DNA of 64,000 nucleotides from Verrucomicrobiota bacterium (GCA_040387935.1 JAZKCU010000027.1:9474-73473), one strand, 5' to 3'; positions 29,419 to 39,543 are shown, counted from the first letter of the stretch. Notes: generated by a model not told the origin, from the sequence alone. Numbers and translations are program-made.

Positions 29419-29991
29419 ATGGCCACCCCTGAATTTGACTGGAAACAGTGCTTTGACCAGATCTCCCCAAATCTGGTGCTGTATGCACGTCAGCTGACGC
29501 CCAGCCCGGCGGATGCGGAGGACGTGGTGCAGATGGCCTTTGTGCGCTGGTGGCGGCGCTTCCCAAACGGAGACAAAGAAAACATTCCCCTGCTTTATGC
29601 CGCCGTACGCACCATCGCCCTGGATCTGCGCCGCAGCGATACCCGCCGTGCGAAACGCGAGGCTGTCTCCGAGATCGCCGTTCCGGGTGAGGATTCACCC
29701 ACCTTTGATGCCCCGCCTGAACAGAAGGAAACAGCCGCCATCGTCACGGATGCCCTCGCAAAACTGCCCGAAGACCAGCGTGAGGTCGTGACCCTGAAGC
29801 TCTGGGGCGGCCTGACCTTCCAAGAAATCGCCACCGCCCTCGGCCTCTCCATCAACACTGTCGCCGGCCGCTATCGCTACGCCCTGAATCACCTGCAAAA
29901 GCATCTCTCACCGCTCAAAGACGACCTCCTCGGCGGCTCTGCCTCACCCGCCAACGTGCTCAACTTTCAAGCGAGCTGCCTGAGTTCCTGA
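29419..29991 (+). CDS. RNA polymerase ECF-type sigma-70 factor
   Basis: Region 2 (DAEDVVQMAFVRWWRR) and region 4 (LTFQEIATALGLSINTVAGRYRYAL) motifs. Confidence 0.8.
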   Translation: MATPEFDWKQCFDQISPNLVLYARQLTPSPADAEDVVQMAFVRWWRRFPNGDKENIPLLYAAVRTIALDLRRSDTRRAKREAVSEIAVPGEDSPTFDAPPEQKETAAIVTDALAKLPEDQREVVTLKLWGGLTFQEIATALGLSINTVAGRYRYALNHLQKHLSPLKDDLLGGSASPANVLNFQASCLSS

Positions 29992-30047
29992 GCCGAGAGC
30001 ATCCTGGAAAACTGAGACCAAAGAACCCAGAACAAAGAACTGCCTCC

Positions 30048-30539
30048 ATGAACGATCACGAACTCGAAAACCTCCTCACCACCCTGGCTCCTGCGCGCCC
30101 TAGCGCCGCCCTGGCGCAGCGCGTGGACCGTGAGCTCGAGCAGGACATGCGCTGGGCCCTCCAGCCCACCGCACGCCGTGCGCCACGCTGGCTGCAGCCA
30201 GCGATGTGGACCACCCTGGGTGCTGCCGCCGCAGTGATGGCGATGAGCCTTTCGCCAACTAACATTGCTTCATCGCCAGGGACGGCCGCCTTTGCCACCA
30301 CCACGCATCTGCCCCTCACCATCTCCAGCCCGGCGCTGCTGCCGGTCAGCACCATCCGTGAAATCGTGGACACTCAGAATGAAGGCATCCGCTACAATGA
30401 GACGTCACGTCTGCCGGAGCAGCATATGAAGATCGTGTCCATGGAGCGACGCGCGTGGATTGACCCGCGCGATGGCGCCCACATCACGGTCGAGATGCCG
30501 AGTGAAGACAGCGTGATCCTGCCAGTGTCCTTCCAGTGA
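30048..30539 (+). CDS. putative anti-sigma factor (single TM) partnered with the ECF sigma
   Basis: Position directly after the ECF sigma gene. One hydrophobic segment (WTTLGAAAAVMAMSL). Confidence 0.4.
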   Translation: MNDHELENLLTTLAPARPSAALAQRVDRELEQDMRWALQPTARRAPRWLQPAMWTTLGAAAAVMAMSLSPTNIASSPGTAAFATTTHLPLTISSPALLPVSTIREIVDTQNEGIRYNETSRLPEQHMKIVSMERRAWIDPRDGAHITVEMPSEDSVILPVSFQ

Positions 30540-30645
30540 ACAGGGACCTGAAAAAGACATAGGGCGTGGAGTCCAAGCCGCACACCCGATGCTCTCGGTC
30601 TTTCGCTTCACCGCGCTCATTTTTAACCCCCAACCCTGAATTGCC

Positions 30646-31836
30646 ATGAAAATCCAAACCACAGCTCTGATGTTAATGACCGGCCTTCTGGCCCTCATCA
30701 ACCTGCCTGCCCGTGCGCAGGACAAACCCGACGCTCCACCGTCGTCACCACCGCCAGCCCACCCTGAAAAACGGGACGCTCCGGTGCCCCCAGCCGCCCA
30801 TGAACGCGCACATGGAGATATGCACCCCGTGCGTCCGCCGGACCGTGAGATCGGCAAGACCGTGGCCTATATCGGCCTGCTGACAGATCCCGTGAGCGAT
30901 GACCTGCGCGCCCAATTCAATCTGCAGGAGGGCTTTGGCCTCCAGGTGATCGAGGTCATGCCCTCCTCCCCAGCGCAAACCGCAGGCCTGAAGGCACATG
31001 ACGTGCTGCTCAATTTCGAGGACCAAAAGCTCGTGAACATGGACCAGCTGCAAACACTCGTGCGCAGCAAGAAGAAGGATGACTCGGTCAACCTTCTGGT
31101 CCTGAGCGGTGGCGAACGCAAGACGGTGCAGGTGACGCTCGGCGAGCGCGTTGCCCAAGTCGGTGACAGTCGTGGCCGCAGCTTCATGATGCCCGGCATG
31201 CCTTCCGAAAACCGCTTCTTCGACCGACGCAGCGGCAGCAGCAGAGGCCCGGATGAATGGCGCAATCAGGCGGAACAGTTCCAGGACCGCATCCGCGAGT
31301 ATCAGAAGCGCATGGAAGACTGGACGCGTGAGGGCCGCAAAGGCACCATGCCGCCACCGCCCATGTTCGAAGGTCCCCGTGGAGGTGCTGGGCCCGACAA
31401 CGACAACCACCGCCGCGAGGGGGACCGTGGTGGCAATGATCGCAATGGACCTCGTGATGGTGAAAGCCGTCGTCCCGCTCCTGACGGCCCACGTGACACG
31501 CCTCAGCGCCCGGGAAATGAGCAGGGCTCCACACACCGCACCGAGCATCGTGAGATCAATGAGAGCGCCAGCATCACCCGCAGTGATGAGACCGGCATCT
31601 ACAGTCTGCAGAAGAGCGGCGAGCAAGCCACCTTCTCCGTGACACCGAAGGATGGCGAGGCCAAGAGCTGGCCTGTGGGCACTGAGGATCAGCGCGCCGC
31701 CGTGCCGGAGCCTTATCGCACGAAGCTGCGTGAGATGGAGGAGATCCGCAGTTCCGTGCACAGGGATGGTGAACGCGCCCGTGAAGGCGCACCTCCGCAG
31801 AATCCACCTCCGACGAAACGCGGCGACGGCATCTGA
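30646..31836 (+). CDS. secreted PDZ-domain protein with Arg/Gly/Asp-rich low-complexity C-terminal half
   Basis: Signal peptide, then a PDZ-like segment (GLQVIEVMPSSPAQTAGLKAHDVLLNFEDQKL...SVNLLVLSGGERKTVQV), then RG/RD-rich disordered sequence. Confidence 0.5.
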   Translation: MKIQTTALMLMTGLLALINLPARAQDKPDAPPSSPPPAHPEKRDAPVPPAAHERAHGDMHPVRPPDREIGKTVAYIGLLTDPVSDDLRAQFNLQEGFGLQVIEVMPSSPAQTAGLKAHDVLLNFEDQKLVNMDQLQTLVRSKKKDDSVNLLVLSGGERKTVQVTLGERVAQVGDSRGRSFMMPGMPSENRFFDRRSGSSRGPDEWRNQAEQFQDRIREYQKRMEDWTREGRKGTMPPPPMFEGPRGGAGPDNDNHRREGDRGGNDRNGPRDGESRRPAPDGPRDTPQRPGNEQGSTHRTEHREINESASITRSDETGIYSLQKSGEQATFSVTPKDGEAKSWPVGTEDQRAAVPEPYRTKLREMEEIRSSVHRDGERAREGAPPQNPPPTKRGDGI

Positions 31837-32001
31837 TCCCAATCAAGTCCCCACATCATCCAATCCAAGCAAGGCGTGAGGCGGAAGCTTCATGCCTTGT
31901 TTTTGGTTCGCGGGTGATGGCATGGTCAAAGTTAGGCCACCCAGCTCAATGACTGGCAGAGCTCATGAGGAGCCCCATGGTGACCTCAGGCCAGAAGCAT
32001 G

Positions 32002-32039
32002 AAAAACCCCGCAGGCACGGCTCGCTGCGGGGTTTTCTT
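32002..32039. terminator. bidirectional rho-independent terminator (A-run, ccccgcag-loop-ctgcgggg, T-run)
   Basis: 8-bp stem flanked by AAAAA upstream and TTTT downstream. It serves the HU gene on the - strand and lies 170 bp after the + strand PDZ gene. Confidence 0.75.
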
Positions 32040-32067
32040 GCTTCCTGCTTTCAGCAGGGTCCCTGGA

Positions 32068-32343
32068 TTACAGGGAGCCTTTGAGAGAGGAGGAGGCGAC
32101 GAAGCGGACGGTCTTCGAGGCTTTGATCTTCATGGAGGCGCCGGTCTTCGGGTTGCGGCCGGTGCGGGCAGCACGCTTGGCGACCTTGAAGGTGCCGAAG
32201 CCGATGAGCTGGACATTGCCTTCTTTCTTCACGCCTTTGGCGATGGCTTCGAGAACAGCTTCGAGGGCGTCGGCAGCGGCGCGCTTGCTGGTTTCGCCGC
32301 CGAGGTTCTTCTGAACCAGTTCGAGGAGTTGAGCTTTATTCAT
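32068..32343 (-). CDS. hup: DNA-binding protein HU
   Basis: MNKAQLLELV...GFGTFKVAKRAARTGRNPKTG matches the HU/IHF signature. About 91 aa. Confidence 0.85.
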   Translation of the reverse strand: MNKAQLLELVQKNLGGETSKRAAADALEAVLEAIAKGVKKEGNVQLIGFGTFKVAKRAARTGRNPKTGASMKIKASKTVRFVASSSLKGSL

Positions 32344-32481
32344 GTTGTTCGGGTAGTTGGTTGCTTTCGTGTTCGGCAAATCCGCAGGTTGATTACCACG
32401 GTGTCGCGGGCGATTTAGAGGCCAACCACCGTTCACCGTCAAATACTAAAATCGCCGCCAAGCCCGTAACCACGCGGATTT

Positions 32482-33066
32482 ATGAGCATTCAGACCCTTA
32501 AAAACTTCTTGATTCCAGGCACCTCCCCGTCCGTGCCGGAGACTGCCTTCATCGCCCCCGGAGCCGTGGTCATCGGCGCGGTGGAACTCGGCGCTGAATC
32601 GAGCATTTGGTTCGGCAGCGTGCTGCGTGGTGACATCAACCGCATCGTCGTCGGCAACCAGTCGAATGTGCAGGACGGCTCCGTGCTGCACGTCAGTGAT
32701 GATCATGCCTGCATTTTGGGTGATCGTGTGACTGTGGGTCATCGTGCCATCGTGCATGCCTGCACGGTGGAGGATGATGTGCTCATCGGCATGGGGGCGA
32801 TCATTCTGGATGGCGCGCGCATCGGCGCGCGCAGCACCATCGCCGCGGGTGCTTTGGTCACGAAGAACATGCAGGTGCCTCCAGGCTCGCTGGTCATCGG
32901 TGCGCCTGCCAAAGTGGCACGCGCACTGACGGATGAAGAGCAGGCAGCGAACACCAAGCTCGCGCACAAGTATGTGGAAGTGTCACGTCGTTACCTCGCC
33001 GAGGACGTGCCTTCGCTGATCACACCTTCGTCAATTGCCGACGGAGAGAGAGCTCAAGACTCGTGA
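32482..33066 (+). CDS. gamma-carbonic anhydrase-like / hexapeptide-repeat (LbH) family protein (YrdA/PaaY-like)
   Basis: Hexapeptide repeats with conserved His residues (GSVLHVSDD ... GHRAIVHAC). The 3' end overlaps the convergent ABC fusion gene by about 47 bp. Confidence 0.75.
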   Translation: MSIQTLKNFLIPGTSPSVPETAFIAPGAVVIGAVELGAESSIWFGSVLRGDINRIVVGNQSNVQDGSVLHVSDDHACILGDRVTVGHRAIVHACTVEDDVLIGMGAIILDGARIGARSTIAAGALVTKNMQVPPGSLVIGAPAKVARALTDEEQAANTKLAHKYVEVSRRYLAEDVPSLITPSSIADGERAQDS

Positions 33067-36000
33067 GCAGGATGACCATGATGAAGAACATCACGAGGCC
33101 ATTGATCCACAGCGTGCTGAACTCCGTGCCGAAGTAGCGCTTGGTGGTGCCGAAGAAGACATTGGGGCTACGCTTGCGGCGGTAGTCCTCACGCTCCATT
33201 TCCGCCTTGGTGACGAGATCTAGCACCTTGCGGTTCACATACACTTCTTCCGCGCTCACGCCGTCCTGACGTTCGAGAGCTTTGTTCAGCAACACCGTCT
33301 CCAGGCGGCCATGGATGCTGTCCGCACGGATGTCATTCAGCAGGTCCACCGCCTCGTCAGCATCCTTTGCATACAGGCCAGACACCACGGCGAGCGCCTG
33401 CTTGGCCGTGTCCAGCTCACGCTGCTGGTCCTTGGTCATCTTGATCTCCTTCGGCTGGTCCACCAGCTCCTGGATGCGGGCCTCGAGCTGGTCCTGCGTG
33501 GAGGTCAGGGGGTTCAGCTTGGCCTGGGAGATGAGCATGGCTTCATAGCTCCAGCGCAGCGGCATGAACTGACAGATAAAGGGCACCTTCAGCTTGCTTG
33601 GCTCGTTTTCCTCCGTCACGCCGGCGCGCTCCAGCCAGCGGCTGACAGAGTAGACAAAGTCGAGGTTTTTGTTCATCTCCTCATACTTGATGAGCGCGCC
33701 GCCGAGGATGATCTGCGGGATGAGGATGAGCGGGATGGCATTGATGGCCGCGCGGTTGTCATTCACCACGCAGGAGATGAGCAGCCCGAGACACGCTCCA
33801 GTCAGCGAGGTGATGAACATCCACCAAAGATGCACCCAGAACATGTCGCGGATCTCCAGCACACTGTTCCCGATGAGCAGATAGATGATGCACTGCACGA
33901 GCGCGAAGGTGCTGAGGGAGATCACCTTGCCGCAGAGATAGTAAAAGGTGCGCAGGTTGTGATTGCGCTCACGCTTCAGCAGATGCCGGTCACGGATGAT
34001 CTCATCCGCACTGTTAGTTAGTCCCAGGAACATGGCCACGACCAGGCTCATGAAGAGGTAGGTCGGGATGTGGAAGGCCGTGGCGAAGGTGTAGTTCTCC
34101 TCCTCGCTGTACTTGAGCACGCTGGAGATCAGGAAGGCCAGCAGCGGCGCCTCCAGCAGGGTCGTGAGCAGGTTCGTGCGGTTGCGCAGCTTCGAAAGGA
34201 AGGCGCGCTCCAGGTTGGTGACAAAGAGGATGCTCTCCTCCCGCAGGCTGTGCTTTGGCGGCTTCGGCACCGTGCGCGAGCGGGGCGATGCCGTGTTCGT
34301 ATCGTCCTTGCGCGGCCGCGAGATCACATTCGTGGCACCCGGCATGGCCTGCACCTTGGCCATGCTCTCCAGCAGCAGATGGCTCTGGTAACGGTCACGC
34401 CAGAAGTTAGGCGGGAACCGGCGCGCGGCCACCATGTGACCGTCCGCATTGCGCTCCTGGATGATGTCGCCACTGATGTCATGCAGCGGCGTCTCCAGCA
34501 CGTCGAAGACGAAGTCCGGCGTGATGTTCGCGGGCATGGTAGCCTCACGCTGGCCGGTCTCGTCATTGTAGGCCTTCCAGAAATACTCCAGCAGCCCCTG
34601 CGGCGTGCCGAAGAAGGCCATCTTGCCGCCTTTGTCCAGCAGCAGCGCCTTGTCGAACATCTGCAGCAGCCTCATGCTGGGCTGGTGGATGGAGACGAGC
34701 ACCAGTTTGTTGCGCGCGAGGCTGCGGATGATCTCCAGCACGTGCTCGCTGTCCTTCGATGACAAGCCGGACGTCGGCTCATCAAACAGATAGACATCTG
34801 AGATGCCGATCATGTCCAGGCCGGCGTTCAGGCGCTTGCGCTCGCCACCGGAGAGGTACTTCTGTTCAGGCGTGCCGGCGAGCCGCTTGCGCATGTCCGC
34901 GAGGCCGAGTTCGGCGAGCTTCGCCTCCACACGCTTGCGGCGTTCCTCCTCTTTTAGATGAGGGCAGCGGATGGCCACTGAAAAGTCCAGGTTCTCCTGC
35001 ACCTTCAGCAGCGGATCAAAGGCGTCCTCCTGCGGGATGTAGGCGATGTAAGGGACGAGATTCCGCCGGTTGCCATACAGCGACAAGCCGTTCATCAGCA
35101 CTTCACCACCCCGTGTCTTGAGCTGACCGCCGAGCACGCGCAGCAGCGTGCTCTTGCCGCAGCCGCTGGGACCCATGACGCAGATCATCTCGCCACGGCG
35201 GGCGATGAAGCTGATGCCGTCCAGAGCGGTGTCCTTGCTGTCGAAGCGATGCGCGAGATCACGCACCTCCATCTGGCGGATGACGTTCTTCTCCTCCTCG
35301 ATGATGCGGTCACTGAAGTGGCAGCGCAGGAACTGGCCTTCGCCGAGAGTGATGGTGTCGCCATCACTGAGCGCGATGCGCTCACGCACGGGCACCAGGC
35401 CGATGTAAAGCGGACGCGAGGAGCGCAGCACATCCAGCGTGCCGGTCTTCTGCGTGTAGTTGCACTCGATGCGCAGAAGGATTTCTCCCTCCGTGTCCTC
35501 GCTCAAAAGGATGTCGCCTTCTTCCAGCAACTCAGGTTTGTTTGAGACGAGGTAGGTATTGCGGCTGCCCTCCAGACGAAACTGGCCGCCGAACTCACCC
35601 GCGCGCACGCGCAGATCACGCAGGGCGATCTCGATCTCGCCATGGGCGATGATCTTGTCCTCGATGGAGGCCTCGATGCGAGTGCCTTCACGCAGCGGGA
35701 TGTCGTTCAGCGTGGCTTCGGTATTGCGCAGGGCCTCCACGGTCACGCCGAGGCCGAAGCTCACGCGCAGGTTGGTGCCACGAGTACGTTGGGAGGAGAT
35801 CTCCGCATCACCCGTCTCTGTGAGGATGAGGTAAAGCTGGGAGCCCGTGACCGTCTTCTTCGCATTGAAGTAGGACGTGAGGTCATTGAAGTCCAGGGTC
35901 ACGTCTTCGATCACCACGCGCTCACCAGGATAGAGCCGTGAGAAATCCCCGGGAAGCACACGGCGGCTGCGGACAAGAATGGCCACTTTGCCGGTGTTTT

Positions 36001-36655
36001 TGATCAGGACGAGATTCTGATAACGAAACGCCGTGACCGTGCAGCCTGCGGACAGGGAGCGCAAGACGACGGAACTGGTGTCCGTCGGGCCGACGATCAG
36101 CGTTTCCAGCGGCTGACCGCTTTTGGTGACGAACTCTTCCTCGGGTGCGCGATCACCGGCATTGAGCTGGTAGACAATGTCGATGGCCTGGGCGGCGATG
36201 CCCAGGTTCGTCATGAACAGATAGAACTCCACCATCTGGCGCTGGTTCGACACCGACTGGGAGATCAGCAGGTAGAGCTGCACGCAGAGCAGGATCTTCT
36301 GATCCATGGCGAGCTGGCCGCTCAGGTCTTTCGCCCGTTCGCCAAGGTTCTGCGGTTCCTGCAACGCCTCGAAATATAAGCGCCGCATGTCCGAGTAAAT
36401 GGCCCCGGAGTAGTCGTAGCGCAGATAACCGAGCGAACGCTCGATTTCCTCCTCCTCGACTTCGCCATCGAGCTTCGAGAAGCCTGCGAAGACCTCAATG
36501 AGCACGGGCAGCATGGCGTCACGTGTCGCGCTGAGTTGTACGCCATCACTGTTCCGGCCCAGCAGCCGGTGCCACCAGTGCCGCGCCTTGTCCACAGGAC
36601 CAGCGGGTTCCGGTGTTCGCTGAATCAAGGGTCTCGGCATCTGGGCGGTGCTCAT
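33020..36655 (-). CDS. 1211-aa fusion protein: N-terminal TerB-like/regulatory domains + ABC ATPase (NBD) + C-terminal ABC-2 (ABCG-type) transmembrane domain
   Basis: Walker A GPSGCGKST, signature LSGGERKRL, Walker B LFDEPTSGLS and an H-loop IHQP at about aa 500-720. About 6 TM helices after aa 870. About 460 aa N-terminal to the NBD look helical/acidic TerB-like and then beta-rich. Confidence 0.7.
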   Translation of the reverse strand: MSTAQMPRPLIQRTPEPAGPVDKARHWWHRLLGRNSDGVQLSATRDAMLPVLIEVFAGFSKLDGEVEEEEIERSLGYLRYDYSGAIYSDMRRLYFEALQEPQNLGERAKDLSGQLAMDQKILLCVQLYLLISQSVSNQRQMVEFYLFMTNLGIAAQAIDIVYQLNAGDRAPEEEFVTKSGQPLETLIVGPTDTSSVVLRSLSAGCTVTAFRYQNLVLIKNTGKVAILVRSRRVLPGDFSRLYPGERVVIEDVTLDFNDLTSYFNAKKTVTGSQLYLILTETGDAEISSQRTRGTNLRVSFGLGVTVEALRNTEATLNDIPLREGTRIEASIEDKIIAHGEIEIALRDLRVRAGEFGGQFRLEGSRNTYLVSNKPELLEEGDILLSEDTEGEILLRIECNYTQKTGTLDVLRSSRPLYIGLVPVRERIALSDGDTITLGEGQFLRCHFSDRIIEEEKNVIRQMEVRDLAHRFDSKDTALDGISFIARRGEMICVMGPSGCGKSTLLRVLGGQLKTRGGEVLMNGLSLYGNRRNLVPYIAYIPQEDAFDPLLKVQENLDFSVAIRCPHLKEEERRKRVEAKLAELGLADMRKRLAGTPEQKYLSGGERKRLNAGLDMIGISDVYLFDEPTSGLSSKDSEHVLEIIRSLARNKLVLVSIHQPSMRLLQMFDKALLLDKGGKMAFFGTPQGLLEYFWKAYNDETGQREATMPANITPDFVFDVLETPLHDISGDIIQERNADGHMVAARRFPPNFWRDRYQSHLLLESMAKVQAMPGATNVISRPRKDDTNTASPRSRTVPKPPKHSLREESILFVTNLERAFLSKLRNRTNLLTTLLEAPLLAFLISSVLKYSEEENYTFATAFHIPTYLFMSLVVAMFLGLTNSADEIIRDRHLLKRERNHNLRTFYYLCGKVISLSTFALVQCIIYLLIGNSVLEIRDMFWVHLWWMFITSLTGACLGLLISCVVNDNRAAINAIPLILIPQIILGGALIKYEEMNKNLDFVYSVSRWLERAGVTEENEPSKLKVPFICQFMPLRWSYEAMLISQAKLNPLTSTQDQLEARIQELVDQPKEIKMTKDQQRELDTAKQALAVVSGLYAKDADEAVDLLNDIRADSIHGRLETVLLNKALERQDGVSAEEVYVNRKVLDLVTKAEMEREDYRRKRSPNVFFGTTKRYFGTEFSTLWINGLVMFFIMVILLTSLELSLRRQLTKV

Positions 36656-36888
36656 GCGTCGGGAAGCGGGCCGAGTATGGAGGCTGCGTCTACAAAAACA
36701 ACCGGTGATGCCGTTCGAACACTACTTTGGCAGGGGTCGTAGGAGGAAGAGGGAATTTCGATCATGAGCGGGCAGGCGGCCACGAACATTAGTTCATAGC
36801 CATCTATCTCCCTCCTATACCTGAAACGGTTCTCAAAGTTTCCGCCATTTTCGTCCGGACAACGATGCGAGGGATCCGACGCCCCATC

Positions 36889-37479
36889 TCACGTCCCGCG
36901 CCGCTTCAGCACCGCCACCCAGCGGTCCACCGACTTCCCCGGCGCATCCTTCAGCGCGCGGCTGGCCTTGTTGCGCCTGTTGCTCACTATCTCCATGCCC
37001 AGGGACTCCAGGGCGCGCAGCGCCAGCCGATGCTCCACATCAAAGTAGCTGGTGATCACCAGCATGCCGTCCGGTCTCAGCTTCGCGATGCCCTGATCAA
37101 AGATCTTCTTCCACAGTTCCTGGCCGTGCCAGAAGTTCTGATGCCGCAGGAAGACCATGTTAAAGTCATCCCCCAGTTCCTGATGCTGGTCGATCTTCGT
37201 GGCGTCCTCGATCAGAAACTTCGCGGGCAGGTTCGCATGCGTTTCACGGGCCTGGCGGATCTCCCGGATGCGGATGTCCGCGCCGATCATCTCCACATCG
37301 CCATTCTTTGTCAGTTCGGAGCCGACCTGGATCAGCGTCTCCGCCTCGTCACAGCGCCCGCAAGCCAGGTTCAGGATGCGCATGTCACTGGCCGGCTTCG
37401 GCAGATGCGGCTGCAAAGACTCCTGCAAAAGCGTTTTCAGCTTCGACATGTCTTCGGCGATCGTGGGCGGCTGCTGCAT
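36889..37479 (-). CDS. class I SAM-dependent methyltransferase-like protein
   Basis: ILNLACGRCDE (motif I-like) and a PDGMLVITSY motif. Confidence 0.45.
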   Translation of the reverse strand: MQQPPTIAEDMSKLKTLLQESLQPHLPKPASDMRILNLACGRCDEAETLIQVGSELTKNGDVEMIGADIRIREIRQARETHANLPAKFLIEDATKIDQHQELGDDFNMVFLRHQNFWHGQELWKKIFDQGIAKLRPDGMLVITSYFDVEHRLALRALESLGMEIVSNRRNKASRALKDAPGKSVDRWVAVLKRRGT

Positions 37480-37627
37480 TTGGCGAGATGCGATAAAAGG
37501 AATGATTCACACGCACGTTATTTACAGACCTCTCATTGGCAACCGAGGAAACCTGGACGGCTTTCCAAGAACCGAAAAGCTTAATTTCCTTGCTTCCCCG
37601 CATCCTCCGCATTCCCATCCCCCTCTC

Positions 37628-38524
37628 ATGGCACTGATCATCAATGGCGAAGAAATCGACGACGAGGTCGTCGAGTCCGAATTCCGCAACGTCAAAGGGC
37701 ACTACGAGCGCACCCTCCAGGTCGCCTGTTGCGAGCGAGACAATGAATTCCGCGGCTACGCCAAGGACAATATCATCTCCCGCGTGCTGCTGAACCAGGA
37801 GGCGCTGAAACGTGTGCCGCAGGTGGAGGAGGAGGCCATCACTGCCCGCCTGACCAAGCTCATCGATGAGGCGGGGGGCGAGACCCAGTTCTACATGCGC
37901 ATCGGCATGCCCTACAAGGACGAGAAGGTCGTGCGTGAAAACGTCGCCGGCGGTGTCCGTCTGGACCACATGCTGGCCCAGGCCTACGGCACCGAGCCCG
38001 ACCCGACCGAGGCCGAGCAGCGCGCCTTTTATGAGAGAAATCTCTCCAGCTACATGACCGAGGAGATGATCCACGCTGCTCACATCACCAAGAGCCTTCA
38101 GGGGGCGAAGAGCCGTCAGGAAGTCTTCGATGCCATGCGCGCCATCCGTCAGGAACTGCTGGCCGGAGAGGACTTCATGAAGCTGGCAGAGCAGCACCGG
38201 GCTGATGAGCAGCAGCAGATCGATCTCGGCTGGTTCAAACGCGGCGACTTCATGGAGGAGTTCGAGACGATCGCCTTTTCCATGGGGGAAAATGAGGTGA
38301 GCCCGGTCTTCAACACCCAGCTTGGGTTTCACATTTGCAAGGTGCTCGGCCGCAAGCCCCCTGAACCCATCGCTTTTGAGATCGTGAAAGATGGCGTGCG
38401 CCAGCGCATCGTTGAAGACTACAAGGACGGTAAGTTCAATGAGCTCATCGAGCAGCTCAAGGGAGCCTCCGAGATTAAGGACACCGATCCGCCTGAGGAA
38501 ACCTGCTGCCCTGGCGGACACTGA
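37628..38524 (+). CDS. PpiC-type (parvulin) peptidyl-prolyl cis-trans isomerase
   Basis: C-terminal parvulin motif (...QIDLGWFKRGDFMEEFETIAFSMGENEVSPVFNTQLGFHICKV). Start chosen at MALIINGEEIDD. Confidence 0.6.
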   Translation: MALIINGEEIDDEVVESEFRNVKGHYERTLQVACCERDNEFRGYAKDNIISRVLLNQEALKRVPQVEEEAITARLTKLIDEAGGETQFYMRIGMPYKDEKVVRENVAGGVRLDHMLAQAYGTEPDPTEAEQRAFYERNLSSYMTEEMIHAAHITKSLQGAKSRQEVFDAMRAIRQELLAGEDFMKLAEQHRADEQQQIDLGWFKRGDFMEEFETIAFSMGENEVSPVFNTQLGFHICKVLGRKPPEPIAFEIVKDGVRQRIVEDYKDGKFNELIEQLKGASEIKDTDPPEETCCPGGH

Positions 38525-38543
38525 TGTCATTCTTCTTCCATCC

Positions 38544-38984
38544 ATGACTCTCGTCCCAAGACTTGCCTGCCTGCTTTTTCCACTGCTGCTGGTTTCCTGT
38601 GCAGGCATCCGACCGCAGCCGATCCTCAGCAAGACGCTCAGCTTCACCGCTGGGGATTTTGGCCCGGCGGAGATGAGCGCACCTTTGATCGGCCCGGGCA
38701 GCCAGGACCGGCAGGTGCTGGTGGTCCATAAGCATCAGTCTGACAACGATGCTGTGCAGGTGCTCGCGCCGCAGGCCATCAAGCATCTCAACCGCAGTGT
38801 CAAAGGTCTACCGCGAGATGGCACGGCCACCGCGCTGCGTGCACGGCTTATCCGCACCCGCTCCGTGATCCTGGACTTCTACAACCAGCGCCGCACCGCC
38901 TTCAGCTCCGTGCCGCCTTACAATGCCCGCAGTGGTTACCTGGGCAGGCAGATGATGATGCCAGGAATCGGAACGACGCTGTGA
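38544..38984 (+). CDS. small lipoprotein (hypothetical)
   Basis: MTLVPRLACLLFPLLLVSC with a lipobox. About 146 aa. Confidence 0.4.
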   Translation: MTLVPRLACLLFPLLLVSCAGIRPQPILSKTLSFTAGDFGPAEMSAPLIGPGSQDRQVLVVHKHQSDNDAVQVLAPQAIKHLNRSVKGLPRDGTATALRARLIRTRSVILDFYNQRRTAFSSVPPYNARSGYLGRQMMMPGIGTTL

Positions 38985-39096
38985 GAGAGGAGCCCTTCGT
39001 TCCGGTTCACGGTTTTGTTTCTCCAGAGCTCCGCTGTGCAAAAGAATGCACTGGTGCCCTGAAAATAAGCCGCTATTCTCCGCGCTCCATCCCCGC

Positions 39097-39184
39097 GCCG
39101 ATGTGGTGAAATGGTAAACACAGCGGACTTAAAATCCGCTGGAGGGCAACCTCCTTGCCGGTTCGAGTCCGGCCATCGGCACCA
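39097..39184 (+). tRNA. tRNA-Leu (anticodon UAA), class II with long variable arm, CCA encoded
   Basis: Acceptor stem GCCGATG/CATCGGC. Anticodon stem GCGGA/TCCGC with loop CTTAAAA. T-loop TTCGAGT, a long variable arm, and 3' ACCA. Confidence 0.85.
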
Positions 39185-39204
39185 TGAAGGACACAGGGCA
39201 GGGA

Positions 39205-39543
39205 TCACCAATCCCGTGTGGCGATCACGTCTTCCCGATCAATGTGGAAGCCGTAGGCCTTTGTGATGAACTCAAAATTGTCGCCCAGGATCTCCCGTGC
39301 TCCGGTTTCGATCTCACTGTCGTTGTCCAGGAACTCATCCTGAAGATCATTGATCTCCTCCGTGGCAGCGTGGCTAAGCTCCAGAAACTCCTCGTCCGTC
39401 TCGGGATTGGTCGACTCGATCTTTTCGCACAGGCCCATCAGGACCGCCTTGCATTTATCCACCAGGAAGGGCGGGAAGTAATCGTCATCATACATTTCTT
39501 GCAGGAAGGGATAGTCCTGCATTTTATCGTTGGTCAGGGGCAT
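39205..39543 (-). CDS. small acidic hypothetical protein (112 aa)
   Basis: Clean ORF ending 21 bp from the tRNA. Highly acidic (D/E-rich) with no TM helix. Confidence 0.45.
   Translation of the reverse strand: MPLTNDKMQDYPFLQEMYDDDYFPPFLVDKCKAVLMGLCEKIESTNPETDEEFLELSHAATEEINDLQDEFLDNDSEIETGAREILGDNFEFITKAYGFHIDREDVIATRDW

Noticed and set aside
37385-38647. 420-aa - strand ORF overlapping the methyltransferase/PpiC region
   Set aside because: It overlaps two well-supported genes on the other strand and shows no domain signatures; antisense artefact.
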